Positions 39,342-48,970 of a DNA stretch of 64,000 bases are shown piece after piece. The DNA comes from Candidatus Zixiibacteriota bacterium (GTDB taxonomy: Bacteria > Zixibacteria > MSB-5A5 > GN15 > FEB-12). Each line of letters begins with the position of its first letter. The stretch's first letter is position 1. Location of the stretch: contig JANQPI010000020.1 in the NCBI GenBank assembly GCA_028289585.1, positions 96,039 to 160,038 on the forward strand. The letters run 5' to 3'. Position numbers and translations under genes: made by a program. Below the pieces are notes generated by a model that saw nothing but the letters and a program-made list of their open reading frames with translations, searched no databases and was not told where the DNA came from.

Positions 39342-40691
39342 ATGGATGCTGTCTTTCTCTCGCGGTTGCAGTTCGCAATGACGATAGGCTTTCACTACCT
39401 CTTCCCCCCGCTCTCCATCGGTCTCGGCCTCATCCTGGTTCTCATGGAGGGAACCTACATGGTCACGAAGAACCGTATCTATCACGACATGACACGGTTC
39501 TGGGTGAAGATCTTTGGACTGATATTCGCCCTCGGAGTAGCGTCGGGAATTGTCATGGAGTTTCAGTTTGGGACGAACTGGTCGACGTACTCTCGCTATG
39601 TAGGCGATGTGTTCGGTTCAGCCCTGGCTGCTGAGGGCGTGTTCGCGTTTTTCCTCGAGTCGGGGTTCCTGGCGATTCTTCTGTTCGGCTGGAACAAGGT
39701 CTCACCGGGGATGCATTTCACATCGACCGTACTCGTCTGCCTCGGGGCTCACTTCTCGGCGATCTGGATTGTGGTTGCCAATTCGTGGCAGCAGACTCCG
39801 GCCGGCTATCACATTGTCGGGGTCGGCGATTCGGCTCGAGCTGAAATTGTGAACTTCTGGGAGCTGGTCTTCAACCCATCATTCCTGGATCGCATTTTCC
39901 ATGTGTATATGGGGGCCTGGCAGGCAGGGGCGTTCTTTGTAATATCGGTCGCTGCCTGGTATCTGATCAAAAACCGGCATACCGATTTCGCAAAACGCTC
40001 GATTCGTATCGCCCTTGTCTTCGCTATTGTCGCGTCGGTGTTACAGGCCGTTTCCGGGCACCAGTCCGCCGACACGCTCGTCGAAACGCAGCCAGCCAAA
40101 CTGGCCGCAATGGAAGGCCATTTTGAAGCCTCTGCCCCGGCTGACCTGTACCTCTTTGGCTGGGTGAACGAGGAAACGCAGGAAGTTACGGGTGTCCGGC
40201 TGCCCGGCATGCTGTCCTGGCTGGTCTCGGGCAGCAGCGAAACACCGCTGACCGGCTTAAACGCGTTTGAGGAAGGAGACCGACCACCGGTCAACATTGT
40301 CTTCCAGGCCTATCACCTGATGGTAGGCATTGGTATCTTGCTGATTCTTATCGCAGCGGTTTCAGGAATCATGTGGGCAACCGGCAAACTCTGGAATGCC
40401 CGGTGGCTACTGTGGATTCTGGTCTTCTCGGTGCTGTTACCCCAAGCCGCAAACCAGCTCGGGTGGATAACGGCCGAGGTAGGGCGTCAACCGTGGATTG
40501 TGTACAATCTGCTGCGCACCAAGGATGCTGTGTCGCCGATTGTCACCGTCGGAGAGGTCTGGTTCTCCATCCTGTTGTTTGGAGCGATCTACTCCCTCCT
40601 CTTCGTGTTGTTCATCTTCCTGCTCAACGAAAAGATCCAGCATGGACCTGAGGACGCGGCCAAGCTTGAACTGGCTGGAAAGCGAGCGTAG
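39342..40691 (+). CDS. cydA: cytochrome bd ubiquinol oxidase subunit I
   Basis: Typical CydA N-terminus MDAVFLSRLQFAMTIGFHYLFPP; AAGGAG RBS 7 nt upstream of ATG 39342 (GTG 39336 also possible). Confidence 0.92.
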   Translation: MDAVFLSRLQFAMTIGFHYLFPPLSIGLGLILVLMEGTYMVTKNRIYHDMTRFWVKIFGLIFALGVASGIVMEFQFGTNWSTYSRYVGDVFGSALAAEGVFAFFLESGFLAILLFGWNKVSPGMHFTSTVLVCLGAHFSAIWIVVANSWQQTPAGYHIVGVGDSARAEIVNFWELVFNPSFLDRIFHVYMGAWQAGAFFVISVAAWYLIKNRHTDFAKRSIRIALVFAIVASVLQAVSGHQSADTLVETQPAKLAAMEGHFEASAPADLYLFGWVNEETQEVTGVRLPGMLSWLVSGSSETPLTGLNAFEEGDRPPVNIVFQAYHLMVGIGILLILIAAVSGIMWATGKLWNARWLLWILVFSVLLPQAANQLGWITAEVGRQPWIVYNLLRTKDAVSPIVTVGEVWFSILLFGAIYSLLFVLFIFLLNEKIQHGPEDAAKLELAGKRA

Positions 40692-40693
40692 CG

Positions 40694-41719
40694 ATGGATC
40701 TCAATACTATCTGGTTTATCCTGATTGGCGTACTGCTTGCCGGCTATGCAGTCCTCGACGGTTTTGATCTGGGTGTCGGTGCTCTTCACCTCTTCACCGA
40801 CAACGATCTCGATCGTCGCATCATGATCAATTCGATTGGTCCGGTGTGGGACGGTAATGAGGTCTGGTTGGTCACCGGAGGTGGCGCCCTCTTCGCCGCC
40901 TTCCCGGAAGTCTATGCGACCGCGTTCAGCGGCTTTTACATCGCACTCATGTTGCTGCTGGTAATGCTCATCTTCCGAGCTGTGGCAATCGAGTTTCGCT
41001 CCAAGCGTCCCGATCCTGGCTGGCGGAAGATGTGGGATATCTCATTCGCGGTCTCATCGATCGTGTCGTCGATCCTGATCGGTGTCGCTCTCGGCAATAT
41101 CGCAATGGGTATTCCGCTCGACGCTGACTATGAGTTCGCCGGTTCGTTCCTGGGTCTGCTTCGCCCCTACCCAATCCTGGTTGGATTAACGACTGTCGCT
41201 CTCTTCATGATGCACGGCAATATTTACGTCGTGATGAAGACAGAAGGAGATCTGCAGGAGAAAGCGCGAGGTTGGATCAAGTACACAATTGGTCTGTTCA
41301 TGAGCCTCTATCTGATCGTCACCGTCTGGACGCTAATTGGTGGAGAGGATCTGAAGCACATGACCGATACAATCTATGCCAATCCGTGGCTCTTCGTGGT
41401 GCCGGCGATCACCCTGCTCGCCATCCTGAACGTACCGCGCGAGTTGCATCACGGCCGCGAAGGGCGAGCGTTCATTTTCTCCTGCGTCTCGGTCGTCGGT
41501 CTCCTCGCTCTGTTCGGAATCGGTATGTTCCCCAACCTGATCTACTCCTGGCCGAATCCCGAACACTCGCTGAACATCATCAATGCCGCGTCGTCGCAGA
41601 AGACATTGACAATCATGGGTATCATCGCCCTGATCGGTATGCCGATCGTTATCGCCTACACGATCTCGATCTACTGGGTCTTCCGTGGCAAAGTGGTTCT
41701 CGACGAAATGTCGTACTGA
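40694..41719 (+). CDS. cydB: cytochrome bd ubiquinol oxidase subunit II
   Basis: 341 aa, 8 TM, 3-bp spacing from cydA. Confidence 0.9.
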   Translation: MDLNTIWFILIGVLLAGYAVLDGFDLGVGALHLFTDNDLDRRIMINSIGPVWDGNEVWLVTGGGALFAAFPEVYATAFSGFYIALMLLLVMLIFRAVAIEFRSKRPDPGWRKMWDISFAVSSIVSSILIGVALGNIAMGIPLDADYEFAGSFLGLLRPYPILVGLTTVALFMMHGNIYVVMKTEGDLQEKARGWIKYTIGLFMSLYLIVTVWTLIGGEDLKHMTDTIYANPWLFVVPAITLLAILNVPRELHHGREGRAFIFSCVSVVGLLALFGIGMFPNLIYSWPNPEHSLNIINAASSQKTLTIMGIIALIGMPIVIAYTISIYWVFRGKVVLDEMSY

Positions 41720-41743
41720 TTCGCTATCATTCATGCCTTTCTC

Positions 41744-41778
41744 AAGCGCCCGGCTCTGCCGGGCGCTTTCTTTTGGGG
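41744..41778 (+). terminator. rho-independent terminator after cydAB (AAGCGCCCGGC-TCTG-CCGGGCGCTT + TCTTTTGGGG)
   Basis: Perfect 10-11 bp GC stem with U-rich tail directly after cydB stop. Confidence 0.7.
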
Positions 41779-41781
41779 ATC

Positions 41782-42243
41782 ATGCGGATGGTGATCACGG
41801 TTCTCTTTCATATGAGGTTCCTCGATCAGATCACCACCCGCCTCGACTCGATGGTGGGCGTACGGTATGAGCGCGAACCGGACCGGGTGATCGTACCGGC
41901 CGCACGACCAGCCGGTTTCGCTGTGCGTATCATCGACCACGGCGGGTCTTGGACCATTCTCTACGATGAGCATGAGATCACCACTCGTGAGGCCGACGAA
42001 GCGGCCAATACGTTCTTCCTGGGCCTCTCCGATCGCATTCGCCTCGTCCTCACCAAACGGCGCGGCAAAACGTATCGGTGGACGGTACAGATTTTCGATA
42101 ACGGCGATTGGGTCGTAGACGACGAGTCGCGGCGGGTCTGGATTCCGTTCTGGCAGCCGACAACGCGAATTGTGCGTCAGAACAACCTGCTCCGGGACCG
42201 AAATCAGGCACCAGATGCCGAATCCGGGAACGCCCAAGGTTAG
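41782..42243 (+). CDS. hypothetical protein (153 aa)
   Basis: ORF starting MRMVITVLF directly after terminator; part of a longer spurious frame; no recognised domain. Confidence 0.35.
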   Translation: MRMVITVLFHMRFLDQITTRLDSMVGVRYEREPDRVIVPAARPAGFAVRIIDHGGSWTILYDEHEITTREADEAANTFFLGLSDRIRLVLTKRRGKTYRWTVQIFDNGDWVVDDESRRVWIPFWQPTTRIVRQNNLLRDRNQAPDAESGNAQG

Positions 42244-42538
42244 ACAACCGTCGGTGGCCGCAGAGGGACCCGCGCCATCCCGCATAAACTCTTATCTGGC
42301 AATCGCTTATACAGAAGAGCCGACTTTGACAAAAATCGGACGGAAGTGGCCAGAAATTGGAACACGACCAGCTCTGGAGTGTTTAAGGCGCAACGAGAGC
42401 GCGAGGGCAGATTTTTCGGGACATTTGGCGTAAGGCACTTATATTCCCGCCGACTCCTGAGCATCTCAGAACCTAATCGTGAAAATTAAAGAAGATTTAC
42501 CAATACGTAGGTAACCGTACCAAAGGGAGACGATTGCA

Positions 42539-43195
42539 ATGAAGAAAGTTATGATGCTTGGCATTTCCGCTCTGGCACTGGTCGCGTTCATGAGCGCTCC
42601 GTCGGCCGCCGCGTGCAGCGACAAGTCCGACGCGAAGCAGGCTTCGGCCAAGACCGAGTGCGCGGCGAAGACCGACGCCAAGATGGCCTCTGCTTCGAGC
42701 TGTGATAAGACCAATGCCAAGCTTGCCTCGGGCAAGGATTGCGCCTCGACCTGCGCCAAGGGTGCCTCGGCCTCGCACGCGAGCTCGTCCTGCTCGACCG
42801 ACAAGGCCACCATGGCCAAGGGTGTCTGCCCGGTTTCCGGTGCTAAGTACACCGATGCTCAGTGGGCTGCCGCGGTGGCCAAGGAAGTTGGCTACACCGG
42901 TGAGGTGAAGATGGTCAACATGTCCGTCAAGGGCATGACCTGCAACGGCTGCGCCTCGGGTGTCTCTTCGACGCTCGCCAAGATGGACGGCGTCGTTGGC
43001 ATCGCCGACGTGTGCTACAAGTCCGGTATGGCCAAGGTTGTTGTCGCTCCGGCGCACGCCAAGTCCGCTGTGATGGTCAAGGCCGTCGTCGACAAGGGCT
43101 ACGAAGCGAAGGTTATGACCGCTTCGGCCAAGAGCGCCTCCAAGAGCTCGTGCTCGGCCGCCAAGAAGGCTGACTCCGAGTCCAAGCCGCTCTAA
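42539..43195 (+). CDS. secreted heavy-metal-associated (HMA) domain protein with Cys/Lys/Ala/Ser-rich low-complexity N-terminal region
   Basis: Signal peptide MKKVMMLGISALALVAFMSAPSAAA; GMTCNGCASGV (MxCxxC) HMA motif; AAAGGGAG RBS; AT-rich promoter region upstream. Confidence 0.65.
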   Translation: MKKVMMLGISALALVAFMSAPSAAACSDKSDAKQASAKTECAAKTDAKMASASSCDKTNAKLASGKDCASTCAKGASASHASSSCSTDKATMAKGVCPVSGAKYTDAQWAAAVAKEVGYTGEVKMVNMSVKGMTCNGCASGVSSTLAKMDGVVGIADVCYKSGMAKVVVAPAHAKSAVMVKAVVDKGYEAKVMTASAKSASKSSCSAAKKADSESKPL

Positions 43196-43216
43196 GCTAT
43201 TCGGTTGACTGATTTG

Positions 43217-43247
43217 AGGCGGGGCTCAGTGCCCCGCCTTTTTTTGT
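43217..43247 (+). terminator. rho-independent terminator (AGGCGGGGC-TCAGT-GCCCCGCCT + TTTTTTT)
   Basis: Perfect 9-bp GC stem plus 7-T tract seen directly. Confidence 0.8.
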
Positions 43248-43281
43248 CTACCGACCTCACTTTTGGCTTCATCACCCACCC

Positions 43282-44295
43282 GTGGCCGCCGTTACTAACG
43301 ATATGAGACGTCGCTACTCCGGTCTTATTCTTGTTATCGCGATCCTTTCCGTATCGTCAACCGATGCGGCCAAGTTTGCCGGCGAGGCGTTTGAGCTCGG
43401 TGTTGGCGCGCGCGGTATGGCTCTTGGCGGCGCAGTCGTAGCCGGACCGCACGACGCCTCGGCCGCCTACTGGAATCCGGCCGGACTGATCCGTCTCGAC
43501 GGTCAGTACCTCATCGCCATGCATGCCGAGACGTTTGGTTCGTTGTTGAACCACGACTACGTCGGCTACGCCAACAGCCGCGTCCGATCGTCAGGCAAAC
43601 GGATCGGTTTCGGCGTCTTCGGCTACTATCTCGGTGGGGGCGGCATCAAGATCACCGAACTCGATCAGTTCAACCGCGCCATCGTCGACCGCGAGGAGAA
43701 CCATTTCGATCTGATGCTCGGTGCCTCATTGGCCGGACAATTAGACAATGGCATCGATCTTGGGGCGACGGTGAAGGTGATTTACCGAGACATCGGTACC
43801 GAGTCCGGAGTCGGGTTGTCTCTCGACGTAGGTGCACTCTACGACGTTCGTGAGTGGCTGACGGTTGGTCTAACGCTCTCCGACATCACGACCGGTTATA
43901 TTCGCTATGGGGGCGGCACGGAAACGGTGCTGAACGACGGTACCGATACGACAACCGTGGCCAATGCCGAGACGATTTATCCAACTGTCCGGCCGGGCTT
44001 TGCGGTAAGTCACACGATCGGCGACTGGCGCGGGACCGTTGTTGGCTCGGGCGACATCAAATTCGAGAACCTGGAGACGGCCGCACAGTTCTGGAGCGGC
44101 GCCCTCTCACTCGACACCCACTGGGGACTTGAAATCGGCTGGCGAGAAATGGTGTTCGGTCGCACCGGTTTCGATATCGGTCGATTCACTGCCGGCGGTG
44201 GCGTTCTCTTCCGCAATATCTCTGTCGACCTTGCCTACCTTCATTCTGACGATCTCGACGAAACGTTTCGCGTCTCGGCAGGCTATCGTTGGTAA
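43282..44295 (+). CDS. outer-membrane beta-barrel protein, FadL/PorV-like family
   Basis: Signal peptide; N-terminal AGEAFELGVGARGMALGGAVVAGPHDASAAYWNPAGL resembles FadL/TodX/PorV N-terminal signature; alternating beta-strand pattern, C-terminal aromatic (YRW). Confidence 0.5.
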   Translation: MAAVTNDMRRRYSGLILVIAILSVSSTDAAKFAGEAFELGVGARGMALGGAVVAGPHDASAAYWNPAGLIRLDGQYLIAMHAETFGSLLNHDYVGYANSRVRSSGKRIGFGVFGYYLGGGGIKITELDQFNRAIVDREENHFDLMLGASLAGQLDNGIDLGATVKVIYRDIGTESGVGLSLDVGALYDVREWLTVGLTLSDITTGYIRYGGGTETVLNDGTDTTTVANAETIYPTVRPGFAVSHTIGDWRGTVVGSGDIKFENLETAAQFWSGALSLDTHWGLEIGWREMVFGRTGFDIGRFTAGGGVLFRNISVDLAYLHSDDLDETFRVSAGYRW

Positions 44296-44307
44296 CGCGA
44301 GTCCAGC

Positions 44308-44697
44308 TCAATCGAGACGAACAGGAATCGGCTTCCGCGCCTCGTCGACTGCAACCATCGTAAATGTCCCTGCGATTCCCTTCACACGAGAACCATCCGA
44401 AACCTGCTCAATCCAGATCTCGACCATCGTTTGCACCGATGTCCGACCGACCCGGGCGACACGACCGATCAGTTCAATGATCGAACCCTCGGGGATCGGC
44501 TGCTTGAAGTCGATGCGATCGAGGGATACCGTAACATATTGCTGACGTGAAAAGCGAGCGGCGGTCAACGCCGCGACTTCGTCCATCCACAGCAGCGCAT
44601 AGCCGCCGAACAGCGTACCGATGTGATTCGTGTGCTCGGGGAAGACCTGCTTTACCTGGCGGGTAATTGACTTCTCAACCTGCGCTTCAAACGGCAT
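44308..44697 (-). CDS. hotdog-fold acyl-CoA thioesterase
   Basis: 129 aa; ...HTNHIGTLFGGYALLWMDEVAA... 4HBT-type motif. Confidence 0.75.
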   Translation of the reverse strand: MPFEAQVEKSITRQVKQVFPEHTNHIGTLFGGYALLWMDEVAALTAARFSRQQYVTVSLDRIDFKQPIPEGSIIELIGRVARVGRTSVQTMVEIWIEQVSDGSRVKGIAGTFTMVAVDEARKPIPVRLD

Positions 44698-44723
44698 TGT
44701 AGCCCCTTCTCTGGAAAACCATC

Positions 44724-46670
44724 CTACTCGGCCGAGTCAAGGTGTGGGAGATCGGCAAAGAAGTCGAGCGATTCCGGATTCGCGAGGGCATCCCGATTGG
44801 TAACCGATTCCCCGTGAATAATTCGAGTAACCGCAATCTCAACCTTCTTGCCATTCAACGTATGCGGGATTGCCGGAGCGGGAACGATGACTGCCGGCAC
44901 ATGACGCGGGGTTGTCCGCTCTCTAATCGTTGCCCGAATCCGTTGGTGAAGAGCATCACTCCAGACAACACCCTCGGCCAGAACGACGAACAGCACGACT
45001 CGGATATCGTCATGCCACCGCTGGCCAATGACAAGAGAATCAACTACTTCGTCCATCGCTTCAACCGGCGCATAGATCTCCGCAGTACCAATCCGCACTC
45101 CCCCTGGATTGAGTGTCGCATCGGAGCGACCATAGACAATCACTCCGCTCCGTTCGGTAATCTTGATGTAGTCACCGTGACGCCACACCCCCGGAAAGTG
45201 TTCGAAGTACGCGCCCCGGTAGAGTGAACCGTCGGGATCATTCCAGAATGAAACCGGCATCGACGGAACTGGTTGGGTACAGACTAACTCACCAACGCGA
45301 TCGGTCAGCGATTGGCCATCATCGGACCAACATTCAACCGCCATCCCAAGCCCCCGACACTGGATTTCTTCTCGGTACACGGGCAACGTCGGATTCCCGA
45401 GCATAAAGCAGCTCACAATATCCGTTCCCCCCGAAATCGATGACAGACAGACCTCAGGGCGAATCGCACCGTAGACGTAGTCGAAGTTAGCTCCCGCGAG
45501 CGGGGCACCTGTTGACAAGATCGTACGCAACGAATCAAGTCGGTGGCTGTTGCGTGGTCGCATGTTGGCATGCTCACAGAACGAAAGAAACTTTGGAGAT
45601 GTACCAAAAACCGTCAACGACTCCTCGTCGATCAGATCAAACAGCGACTCTCGTCGCGGATACGCCGGGGCACCGTCGTAGAGAACGATGGTCGCTCCAA
45701 TTTGCAGCGATGAAATCAACCAGTTCCACATCATCCATCCGCAGGTTGTGAAATAGAAGACCCGATCGTCACGAGTGATGCCGGTATGCAGCACGTGTTC
45801 TTTCCAGTGCTGCAGAAGCACGCCTCCGGCTCCGTGAACGATACACTTCGGCTTACCCGTCGTCCCCGACGAATACATGATGTACACGGGATGGTCGAAC
45901 GGAAGTTCACAAAACGGTAATTCGGTTACCGTCTCCGAGGTGAGGTCAGCCCACGACAGGAATCCGGTTGTGTCGGGCGATTCATGCAGAAACGGTACGA
46001 TCACGACCTCTTCCAGGTGCGGCAAGGATTCATGGAGGTGCCGGATTTCGTCCATGCGGTCAAATGCCTTGCCCTGGTAACGATACCCGTCGGTCGCGAT
46101 CAGGACCTTCGGTTCGATCTGACCGAAACGATCCATGACGCCCTGAAAGCCAAAGTCAGGTGACGACGACGACCAGATGGCGCCGAGCGACGTTGTCGCC
46201 AGCATCGCGATTACCGTCTCCGGTACATTGGCCATGAAGCCCGCAACCCGGTCACCGGTTGTGACACCAAGTCGCGCCAATCCCCGAGCGCAGGCAGCAA
46301 CCCGGTCAAACAGCTCACGATAGGAAATGACTTCGCGATCCCGACTCTCAGAGCGAGCCACAATCGCCGGATGGTCATCTTGATGTCGGAGGAGATTGGC
46401 CGCGAAATTCAAGCGGGTACCGGGAAACCAGTTCGCACCGGGCATGTCGGTCGACACCAGAGTTTCAGATGGTGGAGTCGAGTGCCGCACGTCGGCTTGA
46501 TCCCAAACTAACTGCCAGAACGCGTCGATTTCGGTCACGGACCATGACCAGAGTTCGTGGTAGTTGCCAAACGACCGCCCCGCGCGTTGCTCGGCGACGC
46601 GTAAGAACTTTGTCATCGCCGCCGCGTCGATGGCGGCAGGCGAAGGTTTCCAGAGGAGATCGTGGGTCAT
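44724..46670 (-). CDS. acetoacetyl-CoA synthetase (AMP-forming)
   Basis: 648 aa; AMP-binding motifs (YSSGTTGKPK), N-terminal region typical of acetoacetate-CoA ligases. Confidence 0.85.
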   Translation of the reverse strand: MTHDLLWKPSPAAIDAAAMTKFLRVAEQRAGRSFGNYHELWSWSVTEIDAFWQLVWDQADVRHSTPPSETLVSTDMPGANWFPGTRLNFAANLLRHQDDHPAIVARSESRDREVISYRELFDRVAACARGLARLGVTTGDRVAGFMANVPETVIAMLATTSLGAIWSSSSPDFGFQGVMDRFGQIEPKVLIATDGYRYQGKAFDRMDEIRHLHESLPHLEEVVIVPFLHESPDTTGFLSWADLTSETVTELPFCELPFDHPVYIMYSSGTTGKPKCIVHGAGGVLLQHWKEHVLHTGITRDDRVFYFTTCGWMMWNWLISSLQIGATIVLYDGAPAYPRRESLFDLIDEESLTVFGTSPKFLSFCEHANMRPRNSHRLDSLRTILSTGAPLAGANFDYVYGAIRPEVCLSSISGGTDIVSCFMLGNPTLPVYREEIQCRGLGMAVECWSDDGQSLTDRVGELVCTQPVPSMPVSFWNDPDGSLYRGAYFEHFPGVWRHGDYIKITERSGVIVYGRSDATLNPGGVRIGTAEIYAPVEAMDEVVDSLVIGQRWHDDIRVVLFVVLAEGVVWSDALHQRIRATIRERTTPRHVPAVIVPAPAIPHTLNGKKVEIAVTRIIHGESVTNRDALANPESLDFFADLPHLDSAE

Positions 46671-47639
46671 CTATGCCAAGGACTGGTCGGCGTATACACC
46701 GACGGCGAAAGCGAAACTGACTTCATCAGTTAGCAACGCAACAGCCATCACTCGTTCGAAACGCGCCCGAGCTCCGGGCTCTCGCTCCAGCACCAGTGCG
46801 GCGGCGAGCATGCCACAGAAGTCGCCCACCGACTCCATTCGCTCGAACGCTGCCCGGGCCTCATGGGTTTCGGCCGCAGACCTCGCGGCATCAATCAACC
46901 GCTCGACATCGTCAGCCGACGGCGGAGCTTCGGTATTGGCAAGTTGACCGAGGTTGTTCGCGGAGAGAATCGTTGATGTTCGCCACGACGATGGGAGCTG
47001 ATCGTAGCCGATGCCGCGGGTGGCAATCGGTTTGGCAACCTCGAACACCGCGTCGCCGGAGGCCCGGCAGTAGAAATCACCTCCCATCCGTGCCACTAAG
47101 TCGATCTTGTCGGGGTCGATTCTGCCGTCGCCAAAAATATCCTCGGCGATATGAATCATCTTGATCTCGCACAGCACCAGATTCCCCGATCCTGCCTGAC
47201 CGCCCAGCTCGATGATCCGATCGACCCGGCATTCGAGGTGAAATGGCGATTCGGCCACACGAGGTGGCGCGATGACATCCGAGGCAATCGGGGTCAACCC
47301 GCTCTTTACGAATTCATCGACTCCGACCCCGTACTCGGTCGATGCCAGCGAAACCTGCTGGACGATCGGGTAGGTTACTGCCTGGACCACGCACTCGGGC
47401 ACCACCTTAAGGTTCTCGAACGTGTGTTTGGTCGTGTTGTCCCGCACTCGCCGGGAGGGTGAGAACGCCAACATCGGCGGATTGGCCCCGAAAACGTTGA
47501 ACCAGGAAAAGGGGGAGAGATTGACCCGGCCGTCGCCATCGACGGTCGAAACCAAGGCGATTGGTCGGGGGCCGATCCCCCCCAGCAGATAGCCGAAAAG
47601 TTCCGGTGTTGGAGTGTCAGCGGGGTCAATTCGTCGCAC
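46671..47639 (-). CDS. flavin reductase-like FMN-binding domain protein with C-terminal extension
   Basis: N-terminal ...FGYLLGGIGPRPIALVSTVDGDGRVNLSPFSWF... flavin-reductase fold; abuts acetoacetyl-CoA synthetase with no gap. Confidence 0.6.
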   Translation of the reverse strand: MRRIDPADTPTPELFGYLLGGIGPRPIALVSTVDGDGRVNLSPFSWFNVFGANPPMLAFSPSRRVRDNTTKHTFENLKVVPECVVQAVTYPIVQQVSLASTEYGVGVDEFVKSGLTPIASDVIAPPRVAESPFHLECRVDRIIELGGQAGSGNLVLCEIKMIHIAEDIFGDGRIDPDKIDLVARMGGDFYCRASGDAVFEVAKPIATRGIGYDQLPSSWRTSTILSANNLGQLANTEAPPSADDVERLIDAARSAAETHEARAAFERMESVGDFCGMLAAALVLEREPGARARFERVMAVALLTDEVSFAFAVGVYADQSLA

Positions 47640-47771
47640 AGCGGCAAAAGTAGGCGGACGAGCGGATCGGGCAAGCGGATTTTCCTGACTGGCCGGATGT
47701 CGATTCAGTATTGCGCACTTCGTCGAGGTTATCCGTTACTCCTGCGGCCATACACCAAATGACAGGAGGAA

Positions 47772-48308
47772 ATGATGCGCCAGTTCTACACCTTCGCGCT
47801 GGGGTGCGCGGTCTGCCTGGGAAGCCAGCTTATGGCTCAATCGACCGCTCCACCGCCATGTTCGGCTCCCGAGGCATCACAGCTCGACTTCTGGGTCGGT
47901 ACCTGGGACGTCTCCTGGGATACGACCGGCGGGTTCACCATCACCACCGGAACCAACACGATCCAGCGCACTCATGGCGGTTGTGTTATCCACGAGTCGT
48001 TCAGCATGGATGGCGAAACGCCGTTTGCGGGGGAGTCGTGGTCGGTCTACAACCCGCCCCTCGGTATCTGGCAACAGACATGGGTCGACAACAGTGGCGG
48101 CTATCTCGTGCTGACTGGTGGCATGAAGGGGGACACGATGGAATTGGTCACAGCAGTCCGTCCGCTTAACGACACGCTGACGGTCAAGCAGCGCATGATC
48201 TTCTACGACATCACGTCCGATCGCTTCACCTGGGACTGGCAGAACTCAAATGACAGTGGGAAGACGTGGAAGCAGGCATGGCGGATCAACTACCAGCGGC
48301 GAGAATAA
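47772..48308 (+). CDS. secreted hypothetical protein (possibly DUF1579-like)
   Basis: Signal peptide; Trp-rich beta-type sequence; no confident family. Confidence 0.4.
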   Translation: MMRQFYTFALGCAVCLGSQLMAQSTAPPPCSAPEASQLDFWVGTWDVSWDTTGGFTITTGTNTIQRTHGGCVIHESFSMDGETPFAGESWSVYNPPLGIWQQTWVDNSGGYLVLTGGMKGDTMELVTAVRPLNDTLTVKQRMIFYDITSDRFTWDWQNSNDSGKTWKQAWRINYQRRE

Positions 48309-48314
48309 TCTCGA

Positions 48315-48860
48315 TTATCTCTCTCTGAGCCAGTTTTCAACTTTGCGAAAGTGATGTGCTTCATGGGCAGCCATCGTGCTGCCCAGCTGCACCAGGTTGA
48401 TTGACTTCGCAATCGGATACGGAATACGGATATGCCCGAGCACTGATTCCGAACGCCGATAGAGCAGCTCTTCAAGCCGCGCCAGGGTTTGCTCAAGGTC
48501 GTCGGTCAACGTCTCCAGGGCATTCGCACGGTCGGCAGCAATCGGCCGCACCGACGCCATTGCCTGCATCCCTTTGTATTCGGGACGTTGAAAGATGTCG
48601 ACCGGTTCGGAATTATAGGCACGGCCTTTCAGTAACCATGCGACCGGCGAGGCTACCGGAAGGTACAAGGTCAAGAGGTTACCAAGGGCACGACCGACTT
48701 TGACAAGATGGGTAAGATGCTCGCCCGGCGACCACTGACCATCCGGATTACGCAGCCACAACTGCTCGCGATCGAACGGCTGTAGTGGCGCGAGCGCCTG
48801 TTCGCGCTGTTCACGGAGCTGTGCGAAGTATCGCGTTAGATGAGGATGAGAATCCGGCAT
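48315..48860 (-). CDS. DinB/YfiT-like (DinB_2) metal-dependent protein
   Basis: 181 aa; spaced His residues (HLTHLV...HEAHH) typical of DinB_2 four-helix bundle. Confidence 0.6.
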   Translation of the reverse strand: MPDSHPHLTRYFAQLREQREQALAPLQPFDREQLWLRNPDGQWSPGEHLTHLVKVGRALGNLLTLYLPVASPVAWLLKGRAYNSEPVDIFQRPEYKGMQAMASVRPIAADRANALETLTDDLEQTLARLEELLYRRSESVLGHIRIPYPIAKSINLVQLGSTMAAHEAHHFRKVENWLRER

Positions 48861-48970
48861 TCCCCCGAGAGGATGACTTCGGCCCGTCGAACCGGCAAGC
48901 GGAATCGCTACGAAAAGGTGTTTGATGATCGGCTTGCGCGGCTGTTGGCAGTGGCGTATGCTTTTTACTC

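Noticed and set aside
41272-42243. 323-aa + strand ORF spanning the cydB 3' end through the downstream region
   Set aside because: Alternative frame inside cydB with Arg-rich composition; only the portion after the cydB terminator (41782-42243) is plausible as a gene
42497-43057. 186-aa minus-strand ORF antisense to the HMA-domain gene
   Set aside because: Gly/Arg-rich antisense artefact; the sense strand carries signal peptide, RBS and HMA motif
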